A DNA stretch of 63,471 bases, filler included, from Reticulomyxa filosa (lineage: Eukaryota; Protista; Foraminifera), in assembly GCA_000512085.1 (NCBI GenBank). It is 14 parts of 14 records of this genome, joined end to end, with 100 filler letters (N's around TTAATTAATTAA, not from the genome) between each part and the next. Parts side by side here need not be neighbours in the genome. Positions count along the whole stretch, not along the records: positions 19,961 to 26,811 come from ASPP01019258.1; positions 26,912 to 29,315 come from ASPP01036892.1; positions 29,416 to 35,824 come from ASPP01003761.1; positions 35,925 to 39,627 come from ASPP01010674.1; 10 more parts are not named here. One strand, 5' to 3'. Under the pieces are notes generated by a model, which saw nothing but the letters and a program-made list of their open reading frames with translations, did no database searches and was not told the origin of the DNA. A program made the position numbers and the translations under genes. Positions 25,560 through 38,084 of this stretch are shown here, one piece after another (the stretch's first letter is position 1; the number at the start of each line of letters is the position of its first letter).

Positions 25560-26100
25560 TTCATGCATTGCTGTGTTCTAAGAGAAAACAAACAGACGAC
25601 GAAGCGAAGCTACAGAAAGAAAAAACTAAAAAACAAAGACTACTCAATGACAACAATGAGCAAAATTGAAAGACGTTATTGCAAGAAAGGATCGTACAGT
25701 TGAACAATGGGTCAGACGTAGAAACGAGCACGAAGCCAGCATCAATTTTGCTTTTGAATTTTGCCTTTTTAAAAAAAAGGAGGAAAGAAATGAATACCAC
25801 CCCCCTTTCGTCATTATGGAATATAAAAAAAAAATAGTATATGTATGCACAAAAAAAAATAACGTGTTAACACGGACCCCCTTTTTTTCAAAGCGGTCAT
25901 CAACGAACGAGAAACCAAAGACAAGCGCAGTCTCGACGAATGGACAAGCGAGCAGTAGTGGAGAGAGTAAAAAGACTGAATCGACAAATGCAAGTGCAAA
26001 TGGGTCATCGAGTGGTCTCAGCAAAGCCTTGGAAAAAGCAGACAGCAAATCAACGAAAGAGAACGTAGTGTTATCACCCGAAAAAAAGGGAAATGAATGA
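25560..26100 (+). pseudogene. Low-complexity coding-like fragments (K/E/S-rich), unknown product, probably decayed
   Basis: SKRKQTDDEAKLQKEK and SSTNEKPKTSAVSTNGQASSSGES segments, interrupted by a stop and an intron-like A/T tract. Confidence 0.3.
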
Positions 26101-27065
26101 TACCGAAACTGGGACTCGAAACATAATGTTCGAAAAAATGCTAGAATTTCTATTCAAGGAAGACAACATTTGTTGAGTGAAGTTGAACTCCAAAGCACAA
26201 AACATATTTTCCATGATGAATATTGGCTTGTCTTTGGATTCGATTGCCAATACATGGTTTTGGAGATAACAGTATTGTTTTGATTAAAACATCAATCAAA
26301 CATGAAACTAATTCACATTTTTTTTTTTTGTAAGGTGAAAAAATACAGAATAAAATCTCATTGAACAAATTAATATTTTTCGAAATGTCACCATTGTTTA
26401 CATAATAATGAGCATAAGTTAATTGTCAATTGTTTTACACTGGATGACTAGATAATTTATTCAAATACAATTTTCTGTTTTTTCCAATTTCCTTTTGCCC
26501 TTGTCCTTGTTTCTATTCAAAATTTGAAAAAGGGCTTTGTATTGATTGACCATGAAAAACTGTTTGCTCGTTTTCTGAGCAGTGGTTACTTTTCTTTTTG
26601 AAATAAAACTTATCAAAAACTTTTTTTTTGTTGCATATTGGAAAAATATCCATTATCAACTACAATCGATTTAACACATTATCTTTATCCTTTTTAGTAA
26701 ATGGTAAGCAATTTTGAATAGTATTTATTTTTGCGTGTTCAACAGCCGTTTGACCTTTGTATTTATCAGAAAGAAAAATACAAAACAAATTAACATTGTG
26801 ATTGCAACAGCNNNNNNNNNNNNNNNNNNNNNNNNNNNNNNNNNNNNNNNNNNNNTTAATTAATTAANNNNNNNNNNNNNNNNNNNNNNNNNNNNNNNNN
26901 NNNNNNNNNNNTTGGTGGTTGGTCATAAAGATCATTGTATTTATTTGAGTTTGTGCGCCATATAAGGTAAATCTTTTTTTTTATTATGTCTAACTTAGTC
27001 TATATATTGTGTGTGTATGTGTTTAAAATAGAACATCCCACTGTGATTGGAAAAAAAAAATGAAT

Positions 27066-27270
27066 GCGGGGTAAACCACTCCCGTCTCCGAAAGGAGAAC
27101 ACCAGGTTTATTTTATTATCTTTTTTTTAGATATATTTAAATGTTGTGCTTTTACTATAGGTTCCCCATTTTACAAAGATTATTTCAGTATAGTTCCCCC
27201 ACACAAAAAAAAAAAATGAAAATGAAAAAGAAAATCAGGGTTGAAATCCACCCCGTCTCCGAAAGGAGTG
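27066..27270 (+). repeat. Two copies of a GC-rich double-hairpin motif ending CTCC-GAAA-GGAG
   Basis: cccgtctccgaaaggag at 27081-27097 and 27252-27268 in very AT-rich DNA. Confidence 0.7.
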
Positions 27271-27659
27271 AAAAAAGTATTATTATGTTTATATTTATGT
27301 TTTTATATATACTTTTATCAAATAATGTGGTTGTATTTGTGAAGAAATATGAAATAGGAATTCTCCCTCCAAAGAAAAAAAATATATGTACATATCTTTG
27401 TTTTCGCCATCCATCCATTAAAAAACAAATTGTGAAGTGTGTGTACAGGAAAAGAAACTTGAAATCATATTAGTTATGCAAAGTTATAAATATATTTTTT
27501 TGTTACTAAAAAAATTATAAAATATAACTTTGTATGTGTGTATAGGTGTCAAGTCACCAAAAAAAGTTTGCATCGTGTGTTTGCTTGAAAGGGATTTGGG
27601 GAAAAGTATGAAAAAAAATTAATAATTATGATAGAAAAAAATGTATGGATAAAAAAATG

Positions 27660-27900
27660 AATAATTAATAAAAAGGAAAATGTAAGGAAAAAAAAAGGGA
27701 ATATAAAAAAGAAAAAAGGAAGAATGAAAAGGAAAAAAAAAGGGAATATAAAAAAGAAAAAATGAAGAATGAAAAGGAAAATAGAAAAAGAAAATAGAAA
27801 AAAGAAAATGGAAAAAAAAAAAAGAAAATAGAGAAAATAAAAAAGAATATTTTATAAAAGAAAAAAATAATAAATGAAAAAATAATAAAAAAAGAATAAG
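27660..27900 (+). repeat. A/G-rich low-complexity tract with a ~45-bp tandem duplication
   Basis: aaggaaaaaaaaagggaatataaaaaagaaaaa.gaagaatgaa occurs twice, about 27685-27775. Confidence 0.7.
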
Positions 27901-29999
27901 AAATATTATAATTGAAATTTTTTTTTGAAAGAATAGTTTGATCCAGTTATTGGATAGTAAAGTTAAGTGATATCTTTTTTGTTTATGTTTGTTTAAAAAT
28001 TTGTCTTAATCAAAACAATGTGAACATTGACCTTTTCATTGTAGAATGATTTATTTTAGATTTAAAATGAAAGAAAGAGAAAAGGAAAAGAATAGCAAGA
28101 AGAACAAGAAGAGCAAGAAGAAAAAGAAGAATAGCAAGAACAAGAAGGAAAAAGATTATTCTAATGAAAGAATGGAAAAAATGTCGACGAATAGTATTAG
28201 TGACATATGAGTCATATCAAGAAAAATAACAAATGGGGATGAATCGTGCAAGAATTATACTTATCAAGAGAAGAAAGGAGTAATGTGAGAAAAGGGTCAA
28301 TGCAACAAATCCCTAAAAGTATTTGCATATACCAATCAAAACTGTAGTGATTATGTATGAATTTACGGAAATGAAACACAAATGCTATGTGCTTGCAATC
28401 ACACCACGACAATAAACTGTTTTCATTCAATTCACTCCAAATCAATAATACGCATAAAATATTAGTCATTTCCATTTGAATGTATTTATTGATTACGTTA
28501 TTTGTGACCTCCCAGATGTCGATACACCAAAGATTCATCAAAGCATTTCCAAGATACAACTGATGTTGATTTGCTGGAAAATATTAAAATATTATACGAG
28601 ATTGGCAGTGAATGATTAGCTTCATTGATTTTTTGAAGTTAAAAACCATTGATCATTTGTGTCTTTCTTTCTAAACAATTTGAATTAATTTGTTTTTGTT
28701 TTTACAGCAACTAGAATATAGTAAGTCCACAAGCAGTAAAGATAATGGAACCACAAATGATGAAGAATGAAAAAACAAGTACAAAAATGCTGAAGCAAAT
28801 ACTGCTGTCTTGTTGATATTGGAAGAGTCACAAAAACTACAAAGAAAATTTGAGTGCAAACGATATCCAGAAAATAATAATATCGTGACCCTTCTATGAT
28901 AAATAACATCAACAACAGCGAATAATATCAATGAAAAAGACACATGAAGAGATTGGACCTGGAAACAATATTAGTTCGTCTACAATATTGGTGGTATCAT
29001 TTACACTTAATCAAACACAGATTGGTTAATCTTTTCCAAGGCGATATTTGAATCAAGAAAGTAATTGCCGTCTTTCTCACAAATGTACACACACTCTCGC
29101 TTTGTGGTAATACCGATGTTTTCAATGGTCACTCCGTTTCGTCAATACACGAATAGTCCTGCCATTGTAAACACAAACACAGTCCATCATTCCACGTCGA
29201 AGCAATATTGATCCCATTTATGTCCAGAGACAAAGTGATAGCTCAACACATTATATAATGATCAAAGCATTGTATTAAATGTGAATGAGCACAAGGCCAC
29301 GAATAATGCGTTCCANNNNNNNNNNNNNNNNNNNNNNNNNNNNNNNNNNNNNNNNNNNNTTAATTAATTAANNNNNNNNNNNNNNNNNNNNNNNNNNNNN
29401 NNNNNNNNNNNNNNNAAACAAGCGGGGAACGACTAGTTGCAATACAAGTTGCGGAAAGACAGTCAGCCGCAAGCCAAAAGACACGGGGCAACTAGTCGAA
29501 AAGCAAGCAATAGGAAAGCAGTCAGCATCAATGCGTACGGACTTAGAACAACTAGTAAGAAAATCGATTGTTTCTAGTTGTATGTATGGGAAACAACTAG
29601 TCGAAGGACAAGGACCAGGAGTCGAAAGTCAACCGCAGGCAATACATGTAGGTGAATGCCTGAATACAGTGTGTCGAGTACAAGGACAATCAACCCCAAA
29701 TAGGGAGGTTGAAGAAGATGACAGTACGTTTTTGGAAAAGGAAAAACTTGGCAAACAATTGAAAAGCTCAGCCGTTCCTTGTAGCATAGGAAAAGAATAA
29801 TAGTAAATGAGTTACAGATGGAGGATAGAGAGCAGATAGTGGTAAAAAGGACAACGAAGTCCCGAAAACGATAGTAAAATCAATCCGAACAACCAGCAGA
29901 GATGGAACTAGCAACAAAGTGTTATCGAAAAGGGCAGCATCAAAACACAAAGATCGCATGAAAAAAAGTCAATTTTTTGACTCAAGTATGATATTGGAA

Positions 30000-32900
30000 G
30001 CAAAATGGCCAATGGAAACTCGCCACAGGGGAATCCCAGTGTAAGCGGCCAAAGTTCGGTGGGAACCCCATAAAAAAAATTTGAAAAACATCAGCACGTC
30101 GAAAAGTCATCATGTGGGAGTGAGTTCCGGATGGCCCCCATAACGGATTGCAGCTTTATTAACCTGCAAAGTGATTACAGAACAGTAATAAAAGCACAAA
30201 GCCATCATGTTGCTAATGCCGACTTTCAAAACGTAGTTAATATTGAACAAAAAGTGTTGTTGCCTACTAGAGCCCAACCACTAACGCTATACTTGGAAAA
30301 AATGGAGAAGCAACCGGCCAGCAACGAATTAGCGCAAAATTCAACGGCACCACGACCTCTCCAAGCAATATCGAAGCACCTAGCCAGACAGAGGTCGCGG
30401 ATGAACCAATTTGGAATTTCGCAAGTGCGAAACAGATACAATCTTGTACCCGATCATCATACGGCGACAAGTTTGTGCCCCAAGCAAGGGAAGTTACAAC
30501 AGAAAAGGGACTCCGACTTCCTCGACCTCAATCCTCTCCCCCTCCTCCGGCAAGTGGTCGTCTTATCAACAGCAGAACCGCCAAAAGTGGAACATCATCA
30601 AAGGCGTTTTCCCCTGACTTTCCAGTCGAAAGACATCAAAGCAAATACCTGAAATCCCCCTCAGTGCACGTCCCAGTCGGCCGATAAAACCTGGCCACCT
30701 CACACAGTGCGAAAAAGAAAGCCGCGCCACTTTTCTCCCGTAGTGAACCACTTGAACAACGGGTGGCTCCCTGTGATCCACAAGATTCCCCCAGCGGCGT
30801 GACATTCCCCGGACACAATTTCCTCAAGGAGGACCGTTCTCCAGCGCACCTTCAAGTGACCCAACGCTGCCGTTAGTCATCCCCCCGGAGGAACTTCCAG
30901 AATACCGTGTGAATGGCCTCAAAGCCCCCTCTTCAATCATCACAAGAGTAGCAATGCCAAAACCAGCGACCCGCCCGCGCACAATTTCGAGTCGCTCAAA
31001 AGTACCAGATTTTCACTGCTGAAGTTGCAGGAGGAAAAAGATGAAAGAGAGGCCCTCTCCATCAATTGTACCGGACAAATCGAACAACAGTGCCAGCATC
31101 CAATCAGGCAAATATCACCAAAACATCCCGAAACACGAATCTGTGGCAACTCCCACTGGTTAGCGAAAATGAAGCCTAAATGCAAAACGACTTACTCTCG
31201 AGCCATATGTTCGAATTACCGCTACCGCAGAAAGACCATGGTCGGAGGCCTCCCAGAGCACAAGTACAAGCACAAGCTGCCCCCAAAGTGTTCCGGCCGA
31301 GCAAACTCTCCCAAATTGTGATGTGGAGACACAACTACCCTGCAATTCACCGAAATCACCAACGGCAACGACGAAGTATTGTCTAGCCCTGAGTACTCCA
31401 GGGGCAAAAACAATGAAGATGTTGACTCCAGTACGTCGATCAATGAGCTTGACTATCCTAATGGAGGCACAAACACTGACGATGACACTGAGTTTACCGC
31501 ATATGTTGCAACACACAAATTGGAAACAAGAAGACTACCATCCAGGAATGCACCATCTTGTTATATGAAAAGTGCCAGCCGGTCCAAGCCTTCATTACAG
31601 CGAATTTCTCAAGAGCAACAGAATAACGATTTCGCTATGCAAATGGATCAAATGATATCGCGAAAATCAAGGTGTGTATGCAAGGCCAACAATTCAATCA
31701 TGGCAGCAAGCGTCATGGATGAAGTAGTCGTTCCAGTATTGCAACGTGCATTGGATGATGCCGGTGTCATCCCAAATAGCGAGATATCGAAAAATTTACC
31801 AGCTCTGGAGGCTCCTACTGAGCATATTGCCCTTCACATAGATACAGAGATCACATCAAATCAATCAACGTATTCCAGTATTCACATCCACCAAGCAAAG
31901 CCAACCACAAGTGAACAGTCAATATCTCCAACAATTGCCACGTGAGCATCGACAGCCGAATATTCACACAAACAGCCTCATGACGCCCATTTGATCCAAA
32001 CGTGCCAAATGTTGAAGTCTACGAATGATTTAACCAATGTGACACAATCACTTCAGCCGTCCGGAATGACATACCCCCAAATTAATGCGAATCAACTTGA
32101 CTTCAATCCTCAAGCAACTGACGTCCCCCCCTGCAAGTGCAAATGGATCGAAGCAATCATTGTCCAATCAATCAACATTAAAGAAATTGATTCCACCATC
32201 TACCATCGAGCAGCAGGAATGTAATTCCTTCCAAGCAGTTAGAAGCACGCGCCACCATTCTGCTATAGTACAACGTCATGACACTGACATCAAGGAAGAT
32301 GCAGTTAATGGAGGAAAATTTTGTTGTCGTGCATGGCTAGCATATCAATTCTGTTTTCAATCAACCCAACGGTTGAGGCTGCGACCTGGACCGACGATGC
32401 CCTTCAATTTGCAGCGGATATCTCGCATGTCACAATATCATCAAAGGAACCTAATATAACAGTGAGTAGTATTCCATCAGGAACGCTGGCAAGAGCGGCA
32501 CCCGATACCCGCGCTAGCCAACGTAGCTCTTACCATGGATCATTTGAGCAAGATGGATTATTTACTATCGTCCCCATCAAATCTCCCGATCCACCTCCAT
32601 CGTCAAGGATTATGCGACCAAATGCTCACAACAGATTTCAATGTCCAGTTCATGTGTGCTCTTCCGCCCTCAAATCGGAAGCGGGCATGCATATCTACGT
32701 CAACTCTCATATGGCTGACGAGTCAAACGCTCGAATCCCCCAGTCATACTTTCAAGCTTTCGGAAGGATTAATGCTATCGTTGCAGGCGCATTTTGCCAA
32801 TTTTGTCGCAATCGATAACGTGCATAAGAACTATAATGACTATATGATCAAACAACAAAAGGCATTTCGCGATCGCCATTCCAGATTGCAGCGGTCAACA

Positions 32901-35661
32901 TAGCAAAAATATCTGGAGATATCCAGTGTATGGCAATTGCCGTCTATAATCGATATCATTAACAAGCCCGCAAAAATCATGGGCCGTGTTCCCAAGGCTG
33001 TGCTAAGCTCGTTTGCATCCATTGCAACATGGGTCCTACGTGACGTGTCATTCAATAATGATACTATATCGTTGACCAAGTGGTTATTATTAATAATACT
33101 CATTTTATGTGATCCAGAAGTGGAGGTGTCAGTCATGTTAATGCAATATCCAAAGTCATTATAAGTAGAATCAAATTGTGGAAAGATGACAACCTTCAGA
33201 AGCTTTGGAACGACTTTTGCGAGCAATTCACTTCATTACCAAAACCTGTGGATCCAAAAAACGTAAATGTATTCTCGACGGCAAAGTTAAATGCTACACA
33301 TGCCAGGCCCATCAAACTCGCAGCATTGGGTGAGCTATCAAAGTTATTCAAGGCACTGACCCCAAGTCAACTATAATTTATGACGACGACACTGTCCGTC
33401 AACTATAACAAAAGCACCCGCTCGAACCCCATCATATATAAGTATTGCAATCTTTTGAAAGTGATGAACAAGTCCACATGTTCCATCACATCCCCACACA
33501 ATGTCATCTCAACAGATGAACTAACTGCATATACCATAAAGCTATGAAGAACATCTGCTAGTGGTATAGACCTTTTTGCGGCCCAACATTTAATCGACCT
33601 GGTCCCTTTTGAATATGAATCTGGCACAATGTCAAATTGGGCCAAGGTGATCACATTAATAACCAATGGAACTGTCTGTGAAAGTGCTGCCCCTATTGCA
33701 TACGGAGCAAGATTAATTGGAATCGTGAAACTTGATGGTAGCCCTAGACCAATATCTATCGGATCCATTCTTAGAAGGTCCGCGGATGCTATCTTATTGC
33801 ATAGACATGCCGAACAAATCCAAAATATTGTAGGTCCCAACCAATTTAGTATTAATGTAAAGGCTAATATCGAATTTTTGTTCATAGATTTAAAGCCATC
33901 CTCCACCACATTCGATCAAAGGAAGACGCAGTCGCAATCAAAGTGGACTTTAAAAACGCATTCAACTCTTGCAAAAGGTCCAAAGTGTTCGAATTGATTA
34001 GAAAGCAAATAACAGAACTATTTGGATATGTCAAAGGCTGTTACTCGTATCATGTCCAGTTGTTACTGCCGAACTAATCTATCGAATCACATTCAGGAGT
34101 CCACAAATGTGTATTGGATGACGCCTTGAAAACTGCAATCACGGGCTTGAATAATGTTTATCATGCCGCCTATCATAATAACATGACACTAGCATCAACA
34201 TCATCAGCATCCATCATATTGGCTATGACGTCATTGGAGGCCCTCAAGGAATCTTATGGTATAGAAGTCAATTAATCTAAGACAGAATGTATTGCGAACT
34301 CATTGACATCGCCACATCGTCAATTCATTGGTATTACCCAATACCACCTTCGACACAGCTTTGGTTAGCGTCACAATATGAAGAACGTCTCATGTCGCTA
34401 GCGAAATGGATGCCAGACAGAAAGATAGTAGTCACAATTCGACAAAATCATTGCACTAAGACATTCTAAAACCATACTCTTATTATTGAGAAATTCAATG
34501 CAATTATCGAAAGTAAATTATTTTATTAGATCCAACTTTTCGGGTTATAACTCATATTGAATCAAACGATTCAACGACAAGATGAAACAAACTATGGAAG
34601 CGATTACGGTCCATCCAATCACGACACAACAATGGCTCCAATTCCAGCTCCCAATTCGACAAGGGGGCCTTGGATTGAAAACAGCAAGGCATACGCTGGT
34701 ACTGCATTCATTGCTTCTGCTTTATCATCATCAAAATTCCTTCAATTAATCCATAAGCCATTCAAAGAAGTCAATTTGCTATCGACAATCGAAATGGACA
34801 ATGACATCCAAGACTATAATACATTTACTGCCGATCGAGACAATATCATTGACTTGAACTTTTTGCCTGTGCAATAAACCTTATCCAAGAACATCTCGAC
34901 AAACACCCACAGAAAATTCATCGACAGCTATAATCCAGATCCAAAGCCCTTGTAACGTCCATGTCAGCAAAACAAGCATCTGCATACCTATATGCACTAC
35001 CCAAAAATTCACCTGGTCCCACTTCGACAAAAAAGAATTCCAAACGTTAATTCGGTTCCTGCTTTCACAACCAGAGACAGCAGACGATAAATGTTATGGC
35101 GGTTACGGTTGTTCCTATCAAATGGATCAATTAGCTGATCACGCATTGATATGTTCTCATGGCAAAGGCAAAATTTTCCGTCATTATTTAGTCACATCAT
35201 GAATCTCATCCTTATTAAAGAGTGCGGACTAAATCATAAGCTGTAGGCTCGTGCACCAATAGCAGAATAGCAGATCTGAAGACATAATGATCAAATAGTT
35301 TAATGATGACATTGATCGAAATTTTTTTGATATCGGAATCACTCATAAGAACATATTAGACCAAGTTCCCGGAAAGCTGACAGCAGCCAACGATTACTTT
35401 AGATACAAAGAAAGAAAATATAAGGATCTATTCAAAAACTCCAACTCATCATACGTTCCATTATGAAGCAACCAAAGTTTTCAACAAAATTGCTGAAGTC
35501 TTAGCCAACAAGAAGGCAAGGACCACCAACATGCTAAATAAATAGTTTTTAGATCAATAAGCATAGCTCTTCAAAAGGCAACCTCTCGCACTATGTACTC
35601 ATTGCCAATAAATCGCATAAAATGAAAATTTTTTAAAAATTTTCCCTTTCAAAAAAAAAAA
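30000..35661 (+). mobile_element. Degenerate CRE-clade non-LTR retrotransposon (C2H2 finger, RT, CCHC + RLE endonuclease, poly-A tail); 5' end uncertain
   Basis: FQCPVHVC...GMHIYVNSHM finger (~32635); RT YGARLIGIVK.DGSPRPISIGSILRR and IKVDFKNAFNS; DHALICSHGKGKIFRH (~35137); FFDIGITH; AA...KERKY; SISIALQK; A11 at 35651-35661; many stops and frameshifts. Confidence 0.85.
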
Positions 35662-35924
35662 CACATTGTCACCTCCAGCATACAAAACCAATCACTTTTG
35701 TTAACATAAAAGTGCGGTGACAGTATTTTGTTGTATAACATTTTTCGTTTAGTGCGCTTTTAGCACACTTTAATTTAACGTCCAAAGCCAAGAAGGCAAT
35801 TATTTACGTATTTCAAAAAAAAAANNNNNNNNNNNNNNNNNNNNNNNNNNNNNNNNNNNNNNNNNNNNTTAATTAATTAANNNNNNNNNNNNNNNNNNNN
35901 NNNNNNNNNNNNNNNNNNNNNNNN

Positions 35925-35962
<38 letters not shown>

Positions 35963-36075
35963 CATATGGCTGTAATTCTGTATTTTTATACGTCCATTGG
36001 TTTTTCCCTCTCCATTCGAGGAGAAGAAGGGTTTTTGAACGAATCTGACAAAACATGTGTCGTGTGATGGATCAG

Positions 36076-37490
36076 GTGGATTACGCCAAAGGGTGGGGCA
36101 AAATTACTGGCAACAATGAAGTCACAGTAAAACTGTTGGACGGAAAAGAACAGAAAATTACTGCCAAAAATATTGTCATTGCAACCGGTTCAGAGAGTAG
36201 CAAGCTTCCTGGGATCGAAGTTTTGATAATTTTTTTTTTTTTTTTTTTTTTTTTCTCTTCTCCTCCCCCCCCCCCTTTCCTCCTAAAGGGGAAGGGGAGA
36301 AACACGCGATTGGCTTGTTTTCGTGTTCCAATACAAAACCAAAAGAAGCAATTGGGTGAAATGACACAATAGTTTGACGAGAAGGATATAGTGTCGTCGA
36401 CAGGAGCGTTGTCGTTTACCCAAGCTCCAAAGCGATTGGTGGTTGTGGGCGCTGGTGTGATAGGCCTGGAATTGGGCTCGGTTTGGCAACGATTGGGAAG
36501 TGATGTGACAGTGGTGGAGTATTTGGACCGCATTTTGCCTGGCATCGACAACGAGGTGGCCACCAAGTTTCAACGCATGTTGCAAAAACAAGGCTTCAAA
36601 TTCCAACTGGGAACGGGCGTTCAATCGATCAAAAAAGGGGCAGATGGCTATAATATTGTCGTCAAGGACGCCAAAAAAGGCACCGAACAAACAGTGGTTG
36701 CCGACAAAGTTTTGGTCGCCATTGGTCGTCGACCTTATACCCATAACTTGGGATTACAAGTTTTGTTTATCGCGATATATTTGTGGGGGAATATGCAATT
36801 TATTTATTTATTTATTCGTTTTTATTTAAAAAAAAAAAAAAAAAGGAACTGAAAATTGCTATGGATGGCCCTCGAGTTGCTGTAAACAACCACTGGCAAA
36901 GCACGAGCCATTCTTCCATTTATGCCATTGGAGATGTCATTCGTGGACCTATGTTGGCTCACAAAGCCGAAGAAGAAGGCATCGCTGTGGCCGAATCGTT
37001 GGCCGGAGGCCACGGACATGTCAATTTGGACGCCATCCCCGGTGTGATATACACTTATCCCGAAGTCGCCGTGGTTGGCAAAACCGAGGAACAATTGAAG
37101 GAAGCCAACATCGAGTTCAAGAAATCAGACTTCCCCTTCTTGGCCAATTCGAGGGCACGCACCAACCAAGAAACTGAAGGATTTGTCAAAATTTTGACTG
37201 ATGCCAAAACCAATAAATTGTTGGGAGCCCACATCATTGGTCCTAACGCTGGAGAAATGATTGCTGAAGCTGTTATTGGAATTGAGTATGGTGCATCCGG
37301 TGAAGATCTTGGAAGAACTTGTCATGCTCATCCGGTTTGTTTCATTTATTTTTTTGTCAAGTTTTTTTTTTTCTCTTGGTGAAAATAACAGTTAAGAAAA
37401 AAACTAATGTGGTCACGTGTTAAATAGACATTGAGTGAAGCTTTCAAAGAGGCATGCATGGCAAGCTATGGAAAGCCGATCCACTTTTGA
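36076..37490 (+). CDS. DLD: Dihydrolipoamide dehydrogenase (E3), 5' partial; exons 36076-36219, 36373-36759, 36846-37334, 37428-37490
   Basis: [45 protein letters not shown] and catalytic [14 protein letters not shown] after splicing. Confidence 0.96.
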
Positions 37491-38084
37491 GCACAACCCT
37501 TTGTTGTAGAAAACTTATTAATTTTTGATGTAACACGCATGATAAGATTGCAACTGATGTTTTGGAAAGTTTTTGTGAATCGCATTTGGTGTTAACCTTT
37601 TGTTCAGCAAAAATTTTTTCAATTCGTTTCGAGGCTTTCCTCATGCAACGTACCAATAGCTTTTTTGTTTTATCTTCGACCTTTCCCTTGACATCTCAAC
37701 TTTTTGGTTCTCTCATTAGAAACGCATAGTGAAAAGAATAGCAAATGCTTTCTCATTTACTAAAATAGCTGTGTTTTTCCAAGACATCGAACCAAAGTTA
37801 CTTTCCAAAAACAATAAACATGGTCTTATTGAAGAACCACATGTTTAATATTTGTGTTTGTCGAAAGAGATTTGAGTTTCTTGAATTATTTTTTTCTTGG
37901 CAAAGAAGAGCACGCCAGAAGTTTTTTTCAGCTTACAAGCATAAAATTTGTGAGAAGTGGACATTGCAAAGCAGGGTTTGTTTTATATTTCTCGACTGGC
38001 TAACATTTAAAAAGTGCAGCCAAACAATGGTAAAAAAAAAGTTTTGCCGATCTAACCGATTGCCAAGAAAACAAAACAGAATAA

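Noticed and set aside
30005-30075. HDV-like or hammerhead ribozyme at the 5' end of the CRE element
   Set aside because: Small hairpins exist (cacagggg-aat-cccagtg), but I could not build the HDV nested pseudoknot or find a CUGANGA core; an Infernal search would settle it
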